Part shown: positions 1 to 8,931 of the stretch, piece by piece
Position numbering within the stretch: position 1 is the stretch's first letter
How the letters are laid out: every line of letters starts with the position of its first letter
DNA from: Acidimicrobiia bacterium
Lineage (GTDB): Bacteria > Actinomycetota > Acidimicrobiia > Spongiisociales > ZC4RG35
DNA length: 64,000 bases
Direction of reading: 5' to 3'
NCBI GenBank assembly: GCA_026002975.1
Contig: BPGJ01000008.1
Span: forward strand, 35,754 to 99,753
Position numbers and translations under genes: made by a program
The notes under the pieces: model-generated
The model's database searches: none
What the model was told of the DNA's origin: nothing
The model's input: the letters and a program-made list of their open reading frames with translations, nothing else

Positions 1-500
1 TGGCGGCCGAATACGGCAACGTCTACGTGGCCCAGATCGCCTTGGCCGCCAACCCGGTCCAGGCGCTCAAGGCTTTCGCCGAGGCGGAGGCTTGGCCCGG
101 CCCATCCCTGATCATCGCGTACAGCCAATGCATCGCCCATGGCATAGACATGTCGACCGGGATGAGCCACCAGAAGGAGGCGGTCGACTCCGGCTACTGG
201 CCGCTGTACCGCTACGACCCGCGCAAGGCGCATCCCGGCGACCGTCCCTTCCACCTCGATGCCCGGGCACCCAAGCTGAAGTTCAAGGATTTCGCCCTCA
301 AGGAGGCCCGGTTCGCGATGTTGCAACGCACCAACCCGGCCGAAGCCGACCGGCTGTTCGAGCTCGCCCAAGCCGACATCGACGAACGCTGGCATTACTA
401 CGAGCAGATCACCAACGTCGAGCGGATCCTGCCCGACATGCCCGACCCTGAAGAGGGGACACGTCCCATTGTGACCGCCGAGCTGGAGGGCGAGGAGTGA
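1..500 (+). CDS. pyruvate:ferredoxin/flavodoxin oxidoreductase (PFOR/NifJ type), C-terminal fragment; gene starts upstream of window
   Basis: The frame is open from position 3. The translation ...AEYGNVYVAQIAL...PSLIIAYSQCIAHGIDMSTGMSHQKEAVDSGYWPLYRYDP... is the characteristic PFOR C-terminal region. The stop at 498-500 overlaps the next start (GTGA). Confidence 0.85.
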   Translation, partial: AAEYGNVYVAQIALAANPVQALKAFAEAEAWPGPSLIIAYSQCIAHGIDMSTGMSHQKEAVDSGYWPLYRYDPRKAHPGDRPFHLDARAPKLKFKDFALKEARFAMLQRTNPAEADRLFELAQADIDERWHYYEQITNVERILPDMPDPEEGTRPIVTAELEGEE

Positions 501-1564
501 CCGTCGACCTCACCACCCGGTATCTGGGGATGGAGCTGGTCAACCCGCTGGTGCCGTCGGCTTCACCGCTTGGCGCAGACCTCGATCTCCTCCGCCGCCT
601 CGAGGCGGCGGGAGCCGCGGCGGTGGTCCTGCCGTCGCTGTTCGAAGAGCAGATCGAACACGAGGCGATGGAGATCCATCGCCTCTACCACCTGACCGCT
701 GAGAGCTTCGCCGAAGCGCCGACGGGTTATTTCCCCGAACTGGATGGCTACAACACCGGGCCGGAGCGATACCTCGACCACCTGGAGAAGACGAAACACG
801 CTCTGAACATTCCGGTGGTGGCGAGCCTCAACGGGACCACCCGAGGAGGCTGGGTGCGGTACGCACGGCTGATGGAGTCGGCCGGGGCGGATGCCCTGGA
901 GCTCAACGTCTATCTGGTGGCCAACGACCCCGATGTTCCGGGCACTCAGGTCGAGGAGCGCTACCTGGAGCTGGTGTCGGCGGTGAAGGAGCAGGTCCGG
1001 ATCCCGCTGGCGGTCAAGATCGCCCCCTACTTCTCCTCCCCGGCCCACATGGCTCGGCGTCTAGTAGACGTGGGAGCCGACGGACTGGTGCTCTTCAACC
1101 GCTTCTACCAGCCGGACATCGACATCGAACGCCTGGAGGTCGCCCCCGGCCTCGAACTGTCGACCCCCAACGAAGTACGCCTCCCACTCCATTGGATCGC
1201 CGCGCTGGAAGGCCGGGTGGGCGCCTCCCTGGCCGCGTCGACCGGGGTCCATTCGGCGACCGAGGCCGTGAAGCTCCTGCTGGTGGGGGCCGACGTGGTG
1301 ATGATGGCGTCGGCCCTGCTCCGCCACGGGCCCGACCACCTGACGAAGGTGCTGGAGGATCTCCGGACCTGGCTCGAAGAGCATGGGTATGTATCCGTTC
1401 GGCAGATGAGAGGCTCGATGAGCCTCCGTCGGGTCCCCGATCCGTCGGCCTTCGAGCGTGTCAACTACATGAGGACCATCATCAGCTACACCCCGCCGTT
1501 CCTGGCCGGGGCTGAGTCACCAGACGCGCCCAGACGCTCACCAACCGAGGAGACGCGAACATGA
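497..1564 (+). CDS. dihydroorotate dehydrogenase-like (class-1 PyrD fold) flavoprotein
   Basis: 355 aa with a TIM-barrel DHODH-like pattern (VNPLVPSASPL..., IPVVASLNG, ADALELNVY, IPLAVKIAPYF, GADGLVLFNRF, GADVVMMASALL). It is translationally coupled to PFOR (GTGA) and to the next gene (ATGA). Confidence 0.75.
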   Translation: MTVDLTTRYLGMELVNPLVPSASPLGADLDLLRRLEAAGAAAVVLPSLFEEQIEHEAMEIHRLYHLTAESFAEAPTGYFPELDGYNTGPERYLDHLEKTKHALNIPVVASLNGTTRGGWVRYARLMESAGADALELNVYLVANDPDVPGTQVEERYLELVSAVKEQVRIPLAVKIAPYFSSPAHMARRLVDVGADGLVLFNRFYQPDIDIERLEVAPGLELSTPNEVRLPLHWIAALEGRVGASLAASTGVHSATEAVKLLLVGADVVMMASALLRHGPDHLTKVLEDLRTWLEEHGYVSVRQMRGSMSLRRVPDPSAFERVNYMRTIISYTPPFLAGAESPDAPRRSPTEETRT

Positions 1565-1875
1565 GCGAATATCTGCCTGAGCAATATCGCCTCTTCCGCG
1601 ACCGCTACCCCGAAGTGGCGGCTGCGCTGGACGGACTGGGCCGTGCCACCCAGCAGGCCGGTCCGCTCGACCCCAAGACCCAGAGGCTGGTGAAGTTGGG
1701 GATCGCCATGGCACTCGGATCGGAGGGGGCGGTGAGGTCCAACGTTCGTCGTGCTCTACAAGAGGGAGCGTCACCAGACGAGATACGCCACGTCGCACTG
1801 TTGGTCATCAGCACGGGAGGTTTCCCCCGGTCGATCGCCGCGATGGGCTGGGTCGACGAAGTGCTCGACCTGTGA
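1561..1875 (+). CDS. carboxymuconolactone decarboxylase (AhpD-like/CMD) family protein
   Basis: 104 aa. The pattern ...LDPKTQRLVKLGIAMALGSEGAVRSNVRRALQEGASPDEIRHVALLVISTGGFP... is typical of the CMD family. The start overlaps the upstream stop (ATGA). Confidence 0.75.
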   Translation: MSEYLPEQYRLFRDRYPEVAAALDGLGRATQQAGPLDPKTQRLVKLGIAMALGSEGAVRSNVRRALQEGASPDEIRHVALLVISTGGFPRSIAAMGWVDEVLDL

Positions 1876-1972
1876 GGGACCTTGGTTTCTGTTCCATGGG
1901 ACGAACGGCCCTATCCCGTCGGAAGTCCCCTCCCGGAGACTGCCGGCAGTCGATTGCTTTGGAGGATTTCGA

Positions 1973-4543
1973 ATGGTCGCAGTGACTCGGCGATCCTTCC
2001 TCAAGGGCTCGGCGGCCGTCGGAGGGGGTGTACTGGCCTCCGACTTCTTGTTCGGGGGATTGGAGACCCTCCGGAAAACGAACAAGGTCCTCCTCGCCGA
2101 CCAGCTCACCGAGGACTACGTCCACACGACGTGCTGGATCGGCAAGCAGGACTGCGGCATGCGCGTCCGCAGGATCGATGGACGGCCGGTGAAGCTGGAA
2201 GGCCTCGCCGGGCATCCGCGTAACGACGGCACGCTGTGTCCGAAGGGACAGGCGCAGATCATCTCGTTCTACGACCCGAACCGGGTCAAGACGCCCCTCA
2301 TACGCACCAACGCCAAGGGCGAGCCGGGTGCGTGGCGGAGGGCGTCGTGGGACGAGGCTCTCGACCTCGTCGCCACGAAGGTCAAGGAGGTCCTCGAGGA
2401 GGACCCGAAGCTCGTCCTCTGGCAGAAGGGCCGTTCGAAGGCGAAGGACTTCTACGACGACGCCTTCGTGAAGGCGCTCGGCTGCTCGAAGCTCGGCCAC
2501 GGCGCGTACTGCTCTGACACGGGGTACCGGGCGGTCGAGTACACGGTCGGCCTCCACGGGGTCCTGCACCCCGACCTGCTCAACGCCCAGTACGTGCTCT
2601 CCTGGGGTTGGAACATCACCAACGCCGGCGGGAACAAGTTCTGCTGGATCACGTGGCCGCGCCAGATGCTCGACGCCATGGAGAACGGGCTGAAGATCGT
2701 CCACATCGATCCCCGGCTCCGGCCGGCCGGCCCGTTCGCCGATCGGTGGGTCCCGATCCGTCCGGCGACCGACCTCGCGTTCGCCCTCGCGCTCATCCAC
2801 GAGCTCATCGCCCAGGGCTACGTCGACCGTCCCTATCTGACGACGTACACGAACGCCCCGTACCTCGTCGGGCCGGACGGGTTGTTCCTCCGTGACGAGG
2901 AGGACACGCCCCTCGTCTGGGACGAGACGACCCGCCGAGCCGTACCGGTAGGGACCGCCGACAGCCCCGCCCTCGAAGGGACCTACACGGTCGACGGCGC
3001 CGAGGCGAAGACGGCGTTCGAGCTGCTCAAGGAGCACGTTGCCAGCTACACGCCGGAGTGGGCGTCCGAGATCTGCGGCATCGAGGCCGAGCAGATCCGC
3101 CGCATCGCCACGGAGTTCGGCGAGCACGCCCGCATCGGGTCGACGGTGGTCGTGGACGGTGTCGAGGTGCCCTACCGGCCGGTCGGCATCATGGCCTACC
3201 ACATGGCCCAGCAGGAGCTCGGCTTCCAAGCCCTGCGTGCCATGTGCATCGTCCCGATGCTGGTCGGCGCATGGGGTGCGGTCGGCGGCCAGACGGCCGA
3301 CTTCACGTGGAAGGTCGACAAGAACTACGCGGCGTTCGAGGAGCTGAAGGTCGAGGAACCGCCGTACGACTTCACTCTCAAGAACTCGAAGTTCTTCCCC
3401 ATCAACTCGGGGTTCCCGGGCATCGTCGCGAAGGTGATGCAGGATCCGGAACGTTACGAGGTGGACAAGCTGCCGAAGGTGATGATCCTCCACCACGTCA
3501 ACCCGGTGGTGAGCTTCGCCTCGCAGCCCGACTTCCTCGAGGCGTACAAGAAGCTCGAGTTCGTGGCGGCGATCACGCCGTGGATGTCCGAGACGGCCGA
3601 CCTCTTCGCCGACGTGGTGCTCCCCTGCGCCACCATCGAGAAGTACGAGGGCCCGATCTCGGCCACCGACGGCTACATCGACGCGGTGACCCTCCGTCTT
3701 CCGCCGATGGAGCCCCTGCTCGAGTCCCGGGGCGAGATCGACATCTACATGGACCTCTCCGAGCGAATCGGGGTCCTCTATGGGGAGGGTGGCTATCTCT
3801 CGGTGGTCAACGAGGGTCTGGGGCTAACCGAGACTGAGTTCGCCCTGTCACTCGAGGAAAAGCCGACGGTGCGGGAGATCTTCGACCGATGGTCGAAGGC
3901 TCAGGGCCTCGAAGGCATCTCGTACTTCGAGCAGAACGGGGTCTTGGTGAAGGGCGCCATCTCGCCGACGAAGCGGTACGGCTACGTCACCGACCCGCCG
4001 TTCGGCGGCGCGGTGCATCGCCTCTACGGCGAGAGCCTGCTGAAGGCCCAGCGGATGCAGCAAGAGATGGGCGCCGACCTGATCTATTGGCAGGACTACA
4101 CGCCGCTGCCGACGTGGCGTGAACCGACGATGTGGTCGTCGCCCGCCGACTACGAGTTCACCCTCATCACCTACAAGCTGGTCGAGCACAAGCAGTCCCG
4201 GACGACCACGGTCCCGCTGCTCGCGGAGCTCAGCGGACCGCAGCGGCTCGAGATGAACGCGACGGTCGGCCGGGCGAAGGGTTTCGAGGATGGGGATGAG
4301 GTCGTCGTCGAATCGCACAACGCCCTCACCGGGGAGACGCGGCGGCTGAAGACGAGGATCAGGCTCATCGAGGGGATCCGGCCCGATGTCGTGGGGATGC
4401 CCCACCACTTCGGGATGTGGAGCCACCCGTCGAGCCAGGGCCTCGGCCCGACGCCGAACGAGATCTTCTACACCGGTGAGGGCTACATGGGGGCGACCGC
4501 AGACGCCTCGTTCCATGTCCGGGTCCGGGTCTTCAAGGAGTAG
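1973..4543 (+). CDS. molybdopterin (Mo/W-bisPGD) oxidoreductase catalytic subunit, Tat-exported (PsrA/PhsA/TtrA-like; substrate unknown)
   Basis: ATG 1973 follows GGAGGA at 1961-1966. The N-terminus carries a twin-arginine signal, MVAVTRRSFLKGSAAVGG. The N-terminal FeS-domain spacing is C54-x2-G-x3-C61-x27-C89 (..GTLCPKGQAQ). Length is about 856 aa. I reject the ORF-track start at 1751 because it overlaps the upstream gene. Confidence 0.85.
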   Translation: MVAVTRRSFLKGSAAVGGGVLASDFLFGGLETLRKTNKVLLADQLTEDYVHTTCWIGKQDCGMRVRRIDGRPVKLEGLAGHPRNDGTLCPKGQAQIISFYDPNRVKTPLIRTNAKGEPGAWRRASWDEALDLVATKVKEVLEEDPKLVLWQKGRSKAKDFYDDAFVKALGCSKLGHGAYCSDTGYRAVEYTVGLHGVLHPDLLNAQYVLSWGWNITNAGGNKFCWITWPRQMLDAMENGLKIVHIDPRLRPAGPFADRWVPIRPATDLAFALALIHELIAQGYVDRPYLTTYTNAPYLVGPDGLFLRDEEDTPLVWDETTRRAVPVGTADSPALEGTYTVDGAEAKTAFELLKEHVASYTPEWASEICGIEAEQIRRIATEFGEHARIGSTVVVDGVEVPYRPVGIMAYHMAQQELGFQALRAMCIVPMLVGAWGAVGGQTADFTWKVDKNYAAFEELKVEEPPYDFTLKNSKFFPINSGFPGIVAKVMQDPERYEVDKLPKVMILHHVNPVVSFASQPDFLEAYKKLEFVAAITPWMSETADLFADVVLPCATIEKYEGPISATDGYIDAVTLRLPPMEPLLESRGEIDIYMDLSERIGVLYGEGGYLSVVNEGLGLTETEFALSLEEKPTVREIFDRWSKAQGLEGISYFEQNGVLVKGAISPTKRYGYVTDPPFGGAVHRLYGESLLKAQRMQQEMGADLIYWQDYTPLPTWREPTMWSSPADYEFTLITYKLVEHKQSRTTTVPLLAELSGPQRLEMNATVGRAKGFEDGDEVVVESHNALTGETRRLKTRIRLIEGIRPDVVGMPHHFGMWSHPSSQGLGPTPNEIFYTGEGYMGATADASFHVRVRVFKE

Positions 4544-4545
4544 CC

Positions 4546-5292
4546 ATGGCGAGATACAAGATGGTGGTGGATCTCGACCGGTGTCAGGGCTGCCGGGCGT
4601 GCATGGAGGCGTGCAAGGTCGAGAACAACACCCCGGCGGGCGTCTTCTGGATGTACGTGTTCCGTTTCGAGCAGGGCGAGTTTCCGGACACCTCGATTTC
4701 TTTCTTGCCGAGGCCGTGCCAGCACTGCAACAACGCTCCGTGCGTGAAAGTGTGCCCGACCGGGGCCCGCTACAAGCGTGAGGACGGCCTCGTCCTCACC
4801 GACTTCGAGCGCTGCATCGGGTGCCGGTACTGCGAGGTGGCCTGCCCCTACGGGGTCAACTACTTCAACTGGCGCAAGCCCGACCACGCGTTCGACGACT
4901 ACAAGATGGACTTCTCCGATCCCGACCTCGTCGCCTTCACCGGTGGGGTCGTGCCCCCGTACCGGAACCCGGACCATGACGTGAAGCATGGTCCGGAGGG
5001 CCGGCTCACGTCGGGCAGCGGCCATTTCAAGGGCGTGATGGAGAAGTGCACCTTCTGCGTGCACCGGGTGGAGAAGGGCCTCGTGCCTGCCTGCGTCGAC
5101 ACCTGCCCGGTGGGAGCGTTGCGTTTCGGCGACGCCGAGGACGAGAACAGCCCGATCTCGGTCTTCATCCGTGAGCACGAGTCCTTCCAGCTGCTGGAGG
5201 AGCTCGGCACGGACCCGAGCGTGATCTACGTGGGCGGCGCGCCGCCGTCGACGGAGTCGCGGGAGATCGAGCGACCGATGACGAGGGTGTGA
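4546..5292 (+). CDS. 4Fe-4S ferredoxin-type electron-transfer subunit (PsrB/NrfC/DmsB-like)
   Basis: There are four Cys clusters (CQGCRACMEAC; CQHCNNAPCVKVCP; CIGCRYCEVACP; CTFC...ACVDTCP). The start lies 3 nt after the catalytic subunit stop. Confidence 0.9.
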   Translation: MARYKMVVDLDRCQGCRACMEACKVENNTPAGVFWMYVFRFEQGEFPDTSISFLPRPCQHCNNAPCVKVCPTGARYKREDGLVLTDFERCIGCRYCEVACPYGVNYFNWRKPDHAFDDYKMDFSDPDLVAFTGGVVPPYRNPDHDVKHGPEGRLTSGSGHFKGVMEKCTFCVHRVEKGLVPACVDTCPVGALRFGDAEDENSPISVFIREHESFQLLEELGTDPSVIYVGGAPPSTESREIERPMTRV

Positions 5293-5295
5293 GCC

Positions 5296-6579
5296 ATGAC
5301 GACAGCGACAGACACACAGCTACCACAGGGGATCGGCCGGCTGTCCCGAGGGTGGATCGCCTTCTTCCTCGGCGCCGCCGTGCTCTTCGCCTTCGGGATC
5401 GTCGGGTACATCTACGAGCAGGGCCAGGGGATGGTCGCGACTGGGATGCGCGACCTCGGTGCGATGCAGGGCGCCACGTGGGGTCTCTACATCGCCATGG
5501 TCGTGTACTTCATCGGCGTGAGCTTCGCCGGCGTGACGGTGGCGGCCCTCATCCGGCTCTTCGACATCGAGAAGCTCAAGGGTGTGGCCCGCATGGCGGA
5601 GGTCCTCACGATCGTCGCGCTGGTGCTCGGTGCACTCGCGATCCTCGTGGACCTCGGTCAGCCGCTCCGAGGCATCGTGAACCTGTTCCGTTACGGGCGG
5701 CCGCAGTCGCCGTTCTTCGGGACGTTCAGCCTCGTCGTGTCGGGCTACCTCTTCGCGAGCCTCGTCTACCTGTACGTGACGAGCCGACCGGATGCGGCCC
5801 GCTTGGCGCAGCGCCCGTCGCGGCTCCAGGGCCTCTACCGGTGGATCGCCGCCGGATGGGAGGACACGCCGGAGCAGCGGGCGAAGGACCGACGGGTCAC
5901 GTTCTGGCTCGCGATCACGATCCTGCCGCTCCTCGTCGTCGCCCACTCGACCCTGGGGTTCGTGTTCGGCCTCCAGGTCGGGCGGCCCGGTTGGTTCTCC
6001 ACCCTGCAGGCGCCCGCGTTCGTGACGCTTGCAGGGGTGAGCGGGATCGGCCACATCATCGTCCTCGCGGCGATCGTGGCGACGGTCCTGAAGGCGAAGG
6101 ATCGGATCCGCCTCGATGCCTTCATCTGGCTCGGGCGGTTCCTCATGGTGCTCCTGTTCGTGTACCTGTACTTCACGATCGTGGAGCTCCTCACGACGAT
6201 GTATCAGCCGACCGAGCACGAGAAGGTGCTCTCGGATGCGCTCCTGCGCGGTGAGTACGCGTGGATCTTCTGGGGATCGCTCGCCGGTCTCGCCATCCCG
6301 GCGCTCATGCTCGCGTGGATGGCGCTCACCCGACACTGGCGGGTGAGCTGGCTCGTCGTGGCCTCGATCCTCGTGAACCTGGCGGCGATCGGGAAGCGCT
6401 ATCTCATCGTGGTCCCGTCCCAGACCCATGGGCAGCTCCTGCCCTACGGGATCGGCTCCTACAGCCCGAGCTGGGTCGAGTACGCGGTGGTGATCGGCCT
6501 GTTCGGACTCGGCGCCTTGGCCATCGGCGCCTTCATGAAGCTGTTCCCGATCATCGAGCTCGAGGAGGGCGAGGCATGA
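5296..6579 (+). CDS. NrfD/PsrC-like integral membrane quinone-interacting subunit (long, about 10 TM)
   Basis: 427 aa and very hydrophobic, with about ten hydrophobic segments. It sits directly after the FeS subunit, the position expected for the membrane anchor. Confidence 0.8.
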   Translation: MTTATDTQLPQGIGRLSRGWIAFFLGAAVLFAFGIVGYIYEQGQGMVATGMRDLGAMQGATWGLYIAMVVYFIGVSFAGVTVAALIRLFDIEKLKGVARMAEVLTIVALVLGALAILVDLGQPLRGIVNLFRYGRPQSPFFGTFSLVVSGYLFASLVYLYVTSRPDAARLAQRPSRLQGLYRWIAAGWEDTPEQRAKDRRVTFWLAITILPLLVVAHSTLGFVFGLQVGRPGWFSTLQAPAFVTLAGVSGIGHIIVLAAIVATVLKAKDRIRLDAFIWLGRFLMVLLFVYLYFTIVELLTTMYQPTEHEKVLSDALLRGEYAWIFWGSLAGLAIPALMLAWMALTRHWRVSWLVVASILVNLAAIGKRYLIVVPSQTHGQLLPYGIGSYSPSWVEYAVVIGLFGLGALAIGAFMKLFPIIELEEGEA

Positions 6580-6782
6580 AACGGTCCACGATCGTGACCT
6601 GGACGATGATCGCCGTCGGTGTCGTCCTCATGGTGGTCAGCTACTTCTTCCTGGCCACCCCCTGGTGCAACACGGCGGTCGAGTGCTCGAACCCACGGGT
6701 GCCGTTCGCCCCGGCCATCTTCGTCCTCGGTGTGCTCATCGCCTTCTCGTCTGCCGTCTACTACGCGGTCGCCAAGGACTGA
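6576..6782 (+). CDS. small two-TM membrane protein, operon-internal
   Basis: ATG 6576 overlaps the NrfD-like stop (ATGA). The 68-aa product has two hydrophobic helices flanking CNTAVEC. The longer ORF-track version starting at 6261 lies inside the nrfD-like gene and is rejected. Confidence 0.5.
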   Translation: MKRSTIVTWTMIAVGVVLMVVSYFFLATPWCNTAVECSNPRVPFAPAIFVLGVLIAFSSAVYYAVAKD

Positions 6783-6793
6783 GGAGCCGCTCG

Positions 6794-7456
6794 GTGGAGT
6801 GGCACGAGGTCGCTCGGCTGCGGCAGGGCCTGTATCGGTTCTTCGGTGCGGCCCTGCTGCCGCCGGACCTCGAGCGTCTCCGGCTGCTCCAGGCCGCTGC
6901 CGGGACCCTCGACGACATGGGTGTCGATGCGTTCGCCTTCGCGCGTTCCTGGCGTCGGTTCACCGACGCGCTCACGACCGTCGAGGACCCGATCGCCCTC
7001 GGATCGGACTACATCCGGCTATTCGAAGCCGGGGTCGGCGACGTTCCCGTCCCGCTGTTCGAGAGCGCCTACCGAGCGGATGCGAGGAGCGGCGGCACCG
7101 GCGCGCTGCTCGCGTCCATCCGCCGCCGGTACGCCGACCTCGGACTCGAGCCCGACACCGGTGTCACCGGCGGCATCGATCACCTCAGCATCGAGCTCGA
7201 GACGATGGCGGCGCTGTGCGCCCGTGAGGCGGAGGCCTGGGAGACGGGGGCCGAGGCGCGGGTCGCCACCCTGCTGGCCCAGGAACGGTCGTTCCTCGCG
7301 GACCACCCCGGGGCATGGATCCCCAAGGTAACAGACCGGCTCCACGCGATGAAGGCCGACCGGTTCTACCGTGCTCTGGGCGACGCCCTCCATGCCTTCA
7401 CCCATCACGACCGTGAGTTCCTCGCGGTCCTCGAGGCCGGGGTCGGCACCGCATGA
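6794..7456 (+). CDS. TorD/DmsD/NarJ-family redox enzyme maturation chaperone
   Basis: GTG 6794 follows GAGGAG at 6781-6786. The protein is Leu/Ala/acidic-rich and carries ..SDYIRLFEAGVG..VPLFESAY.., a pattern typical of the TorD family. It sits inside a Tat Mo-enzyme operon. Confidence 0.7.
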   Translation: MEWHEVARLRQGLYRFFGAALLPPDLERLRLLQAAAGTLDDMGVDAFAFARSWRRFTDALTTVEDPIALGSDYIRLFEAGVGDVPVPLFESAYRADARSGGTGALLASIRRRYADLGLEPDTGVTGGIDHLSIELETMAALCAREAEAWETGAEARVATLLAQERSFLADHPGAWIPKVTDRLHAMKADRFYRALGDALHAFTHHDREFLAVLEAGVGTA

Positions 7457-8931
7457 GCCTCCCAGGCAGCGAGGAGTTGGTCGGCGCACCGCCCGTGTTC
7501 GCGATTCTGTGCGACGACCATGACACGCCCCTCCCGCCGAAGGTCGAGGGGGCACGCCTGTTCCTCGCCGGGGGGCTGTGTGGGGCACCGGTGCGTATCC
7601 AAGAGCTTCCGCTCGACGGCGGCGACGGTGTGCGCCTCGTGCTTGGGTTGCACCCGGGCGAGTTCGAGCTCGGCGCCGTCCAGACGGCCCTCCGGCGGAT
7701 CGGTGTCGACCCTTTGGGGGTGGAGATCGTCGATCTCCCCGCCGCGTCGGGGTCGGCCGACCGGCTGACGACGCTCCTCGCGGGAGCGGTGGCCCGTGTA
7801 CGCCGGTTCCCCGGAGCGACGCCCGAGGAGACGAAGCTGCGGATCCCCGGGGCATTTTCCCGACGCGCGCTGTTGCGTATGGAGGCGCCGGTCTACATCG
7901 GTGCGCCGAGGATCGATCCCCAGGCGTGCGTCGCGGGGACCGGTTGCCACGTCTGCGTACCCGCCTGTCCGGCAGGCGCACTCACCTTCGCAAGCGGATC
8001 CATCGCCTACGACAAGGAGACCTGCATCGCCTGCGGGATCTGCGTGACGACCTGCACGACGGGCGCCGTGCGGAACCCGACGGCGGTCCCCGAGGGGGTC
8101 GCCGACCAGATCGCCGCGTACGTGAGAACATCGCAGGACCCTGCCGTCGGGGTGGTCTACATCTGTCGGGACGGCGCGATCCCGCCGCTGCCCGAAGGGA
8201 TGTACCCGGTCCGGGTGCCGTGCACCGGGATGCTCACCGTCGGCTGGCTCCTCGCGCCGCTCACGATGGGCGCCGGCACCGTGGTCGCCCTGCCCTGCGG
8301 CACCGTGGGATGCGGGCTCGGCAACGAGGAGCGCCTCGCGGGCGTCGTGGGGGACGCGGCGACGATCCTCGGCGTCGTCGAGGCCGTTGCCGGCCGGGTC
8401 GGTCATCGCCTGGTGGGGCCGCCGTCCCCACCCCTGCCGGACCTCGAGATGCCGGAGGATGCCTTCGGGCCGGCAGGCGAGGCAGCGGTGGTCGCGGCGC
8501 TCGCGTCGTCGCTCGCGGCGCCGGAGGCCGAGATCGCCCTCGGGTCGGCCCGCCTCGGTTGGGTCACGATCGACGAGGCCGTCTGCACCGCCTGTACGCG
8601 GTGCGCGCAGGTCTGCCCGACCGATGCGCTAGCACATCGGGACGTCGACGGCACGATCGAGATCGATTTCGATCCGATGCTCTGCGTCGCGTGCGGCACG
8701 TGCGTCGAGGTCTGCCCGGAGTCCGGGGCCAACGAGCTGTGGCGGGGCCTCCGTTGGCCCGACCTCGTGGCCGGACCTCAGGTCCTGCGACGCGAGACGA
8801 CGGCGACGTGCGAGGTCTGCGGCGGACCGATCGCGCCTTCGGCCATGCTGGACCGCATCGCCGCGATGCTCGGCGACGAGCATGCGGCGACGCTCAAGCT
8901 CATCTCGCGCCGGTGCCTTCGCTGCCGTTGA
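7453..8931 (+). CDS. polyferredoxin: two 2x[4Fe-4S] ferredoxin domains, an MvhD/FlpD-like Cys-containing module and a C-terminal CxxC...CxxC ribbon
   Basis: ATG 7453 overlaps the chaperone stop (ATGA). Ferredoxin motifs are CVAGTGCHVCVPACP, CIACGICVTTC, CTACTRCAQVCP and CVACGTCVEVCP. The central segment VVYICRDG...YPVRVPCTGMLTVGWLLAPLTMGAGTVVALPCGTVGCGLG resembles the hydrogenase iron-sulfur subunit D fold. The tail reads CEVCGG...CLRC. There is no signal peptide. Confidence 0.7.
   Translation: MSLPGSEELVGAPPVFAILCDDHDTPLPPKVEGARLFLAGGLCGAPVRIQELPLDGGDGVRLVLGLHPGEFELGAVQTALRRIGVDPLGVEIVDLPAASGSADRLTTLLAGAVARVRRFPGATPEETKLRIPGAFSRRALLRMEAPVYIGAPRIDPQACVAGTGCHVCVPACPAGALTFASGSIAYDKETCIACGICVTTCTTGAVRNPTAVPEGVADQIAAYVRTSQDPAVGVVYICRDGAIPPLPEGMYPVRVPCTGMLTVGWLLAPLTMGAGTVVALPCGTVGCGLGNEERLAGVVGDAATILGVVEAVAGRVGHRLVGPPSPPLPDLEMPEDAFGPAGEAAVVAALASSLAAPEAEIALGSARLGWVTIDEAVCTACTRCAQVCPTDALAHRDVDGTIEIDFDPMLCVACGTCVEVCPESGANELWRGLRWPDLVAGPQVLRRETTATCEVCGGPIAPSAMLDRIAAMLGDEHAATLKLISRRCLRCR

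Noticed and set aside
1808-3496. 562-aa ORF antisense to the molybdopterin oxidoreductase gene. Similar long shadow ORFs occur at 14704..16260(-), 18299..19648(-), 28696..31470(+), 43754..44446(+), 51801..53189(-), 58685..60331(-) and 61839..63695(+).
   Set aside because: The translations are Arg/Gly/Pro/His-rich low-complexity sequence with no motifs. Each lies opposite a gene with clear family signatures. Long stop-free antisense frames are expected in GC-rich DNA.
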